From positions 50,468,001-50,532,000 of the forward strand of contig OX597821.1 in NCBI GenBank assembly GCA_951406725.2: 64,000 bases of DNA, in the 5' to 3' direction. The position numbers were made by a program, and so were the translations under genes. The stretch is from Octopus vulgaris. Its lineage: Eukaryota. Positions 62,881-64,000 of the stretch are shown in pieces. Within the stretch, counting starts at the first letter, position 1. The number at the start of each line of letters is the position of its first letter. Below the pieces are notes generated by a model. That model saw only the letters and a list, made by a program, of their open reading frames with translations. It was not told the DNA's origin and did not search any database.

Positions 62881-63289
62881 TTACAGTAACACCTTTTTTA
62901 CAATATTTAAAGTTTCTAAAGCTGTTTGAGCGTTATGTATTCACAGCAGCAAGGCAAGTCAACATGTACTGAAATTGTAAAAAATATAAACATGTCCTAG
63001 AGTAATGACATTAAAATTACCGATAAAACTATCAATGTCAAATTGACATATTACTTACAGTCTGAATGTTCCTAAGTAGTATCACTAAAGTTCGCCAATG
63101 AAACCAGAGTAGAATAAAACTGTAACATGAATTAACCTAAAAGTAGAAAATAAACAAAAATAAAATGCAAACTTCCTTTCGGTTGCAAATAGGTCATACA
63201 TCCTATTTCACCATTAAACCTGAATAAAAAAAAAAATACCCGCAATATCCTTGACGTGGGCAACATCGATAAAACGTCTTTTAAACCTA

Positions 63290-63985
63290 ATATTGCTTTC
63301 AAATTTTGGCATAAGGCCAGCAATTCCGGGGTAGGGATAGGTCAGTTAGATCGACCCCAGTGCTCAACTTGTACTTATTTTATCGACCCCGGAAGGATGA
63401 AAGGCAAAGTCGACGCGGCGGAATTTGAACTCAGAACATAAAGGCGGACGAAATGTCACTAAGCACCTTGTCCGGCAAGCTAACGACACTGCCAGCTCGC
63501 CGCCTTATTTTAATACTAATATTATTGGTTTCTAAGAAGGCGACGAGCTGGCAGAATCGTTAGCACGCCAGGCGAAATGCTTAGTGATATTTCGTCTGCC
63601 ACTATGTTCTGAGTTCAAATTCCGCCAAGGTCGACTTTGCCTTTCATCCTTTCGGGGTCGATTAAATAAGTACCAGTTACGCACTGGAGTCAATGCAATT
63701 GACGTAGTCCCTTTGTCTGTCCCCTCTATGTTTAGCCCCTTGTGGGCAATAAAGAATTAAATATTATTGGTTCTAAAGTTTGGGGCACAGGATCGGCAAT
63801 TTCAAGGGAAGGGGTGCGTAGATTACATCGACCCCAGTGCTCAACTGGTACTTATTTCATCGACCCCCGAAAAAGATGAAAAGTAAAGTCAACTTCTACG
63901 GAATTTGAACTCAGTTCGCAAAGACAGACGAAATGCCGCTTAGTATTTTACCTTGCGAGCTAACCGTTCTGCCAGCTCACCGTCT
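63290..63985. mobile_element. Cluster of three family A SINEs (63290-63505 -, 63537-63759 +, 63770-63985 -)
   Basis: Family A body on alternating strands; TSD aatattattggtt at 63518 and 63760 around the middle copy. Confidence 0.88.
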
Positions 63986-64000
63986 GATCTTAATACTTAT

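Overview
AT-rich, microsatellite-dense eukaryotic DNA, most likely from an octopus (coleoid cephalopod) genome. That assignment is inferred from the tandem C2H2 arrays, the SINE types and the TA/CA/TATC microsatellites. The window holds two paralogous + strand multi-finger C2H2 zinc-finger genes: 15650-17661 (one 1-bp frameshift) and 38094-40019 (intact). They share a conserved structure: ETS-motif promoter, non-coding exon 1, ~4 kb intron, and a large exon 2 with a conserved ~350-nt leader. A frameshift-split, apparently intronless CARD-like + death-domain ORF (RAIDD/FADD-like adaptor, 32356-31746, - strand) lies head-to-head with the second gene. A third promoter/first exon at ~8.0-8.3 kb points out of the window to the left. 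The rest is nested transposon debris: CR1/L2-like, RTE, R4/Dong and Tx1/L1 LINEs, three tRNA-derived SINE families, mariner/Tc1, Merlin, piggyBac-type and hAT MITEs, Helitrons, and a truncated Ty3/Gypsy element with a tRNA-Trp PBS and an internal 22/23-bp satellite. Several type I hammerhead ribozyme motifs of Penelope type are visible, some with unusually long structured stem II inserts, along with many fold-back structures. All calls were made by eye without database searches, so boundaries are approximate unless a TSD or TIR is given.
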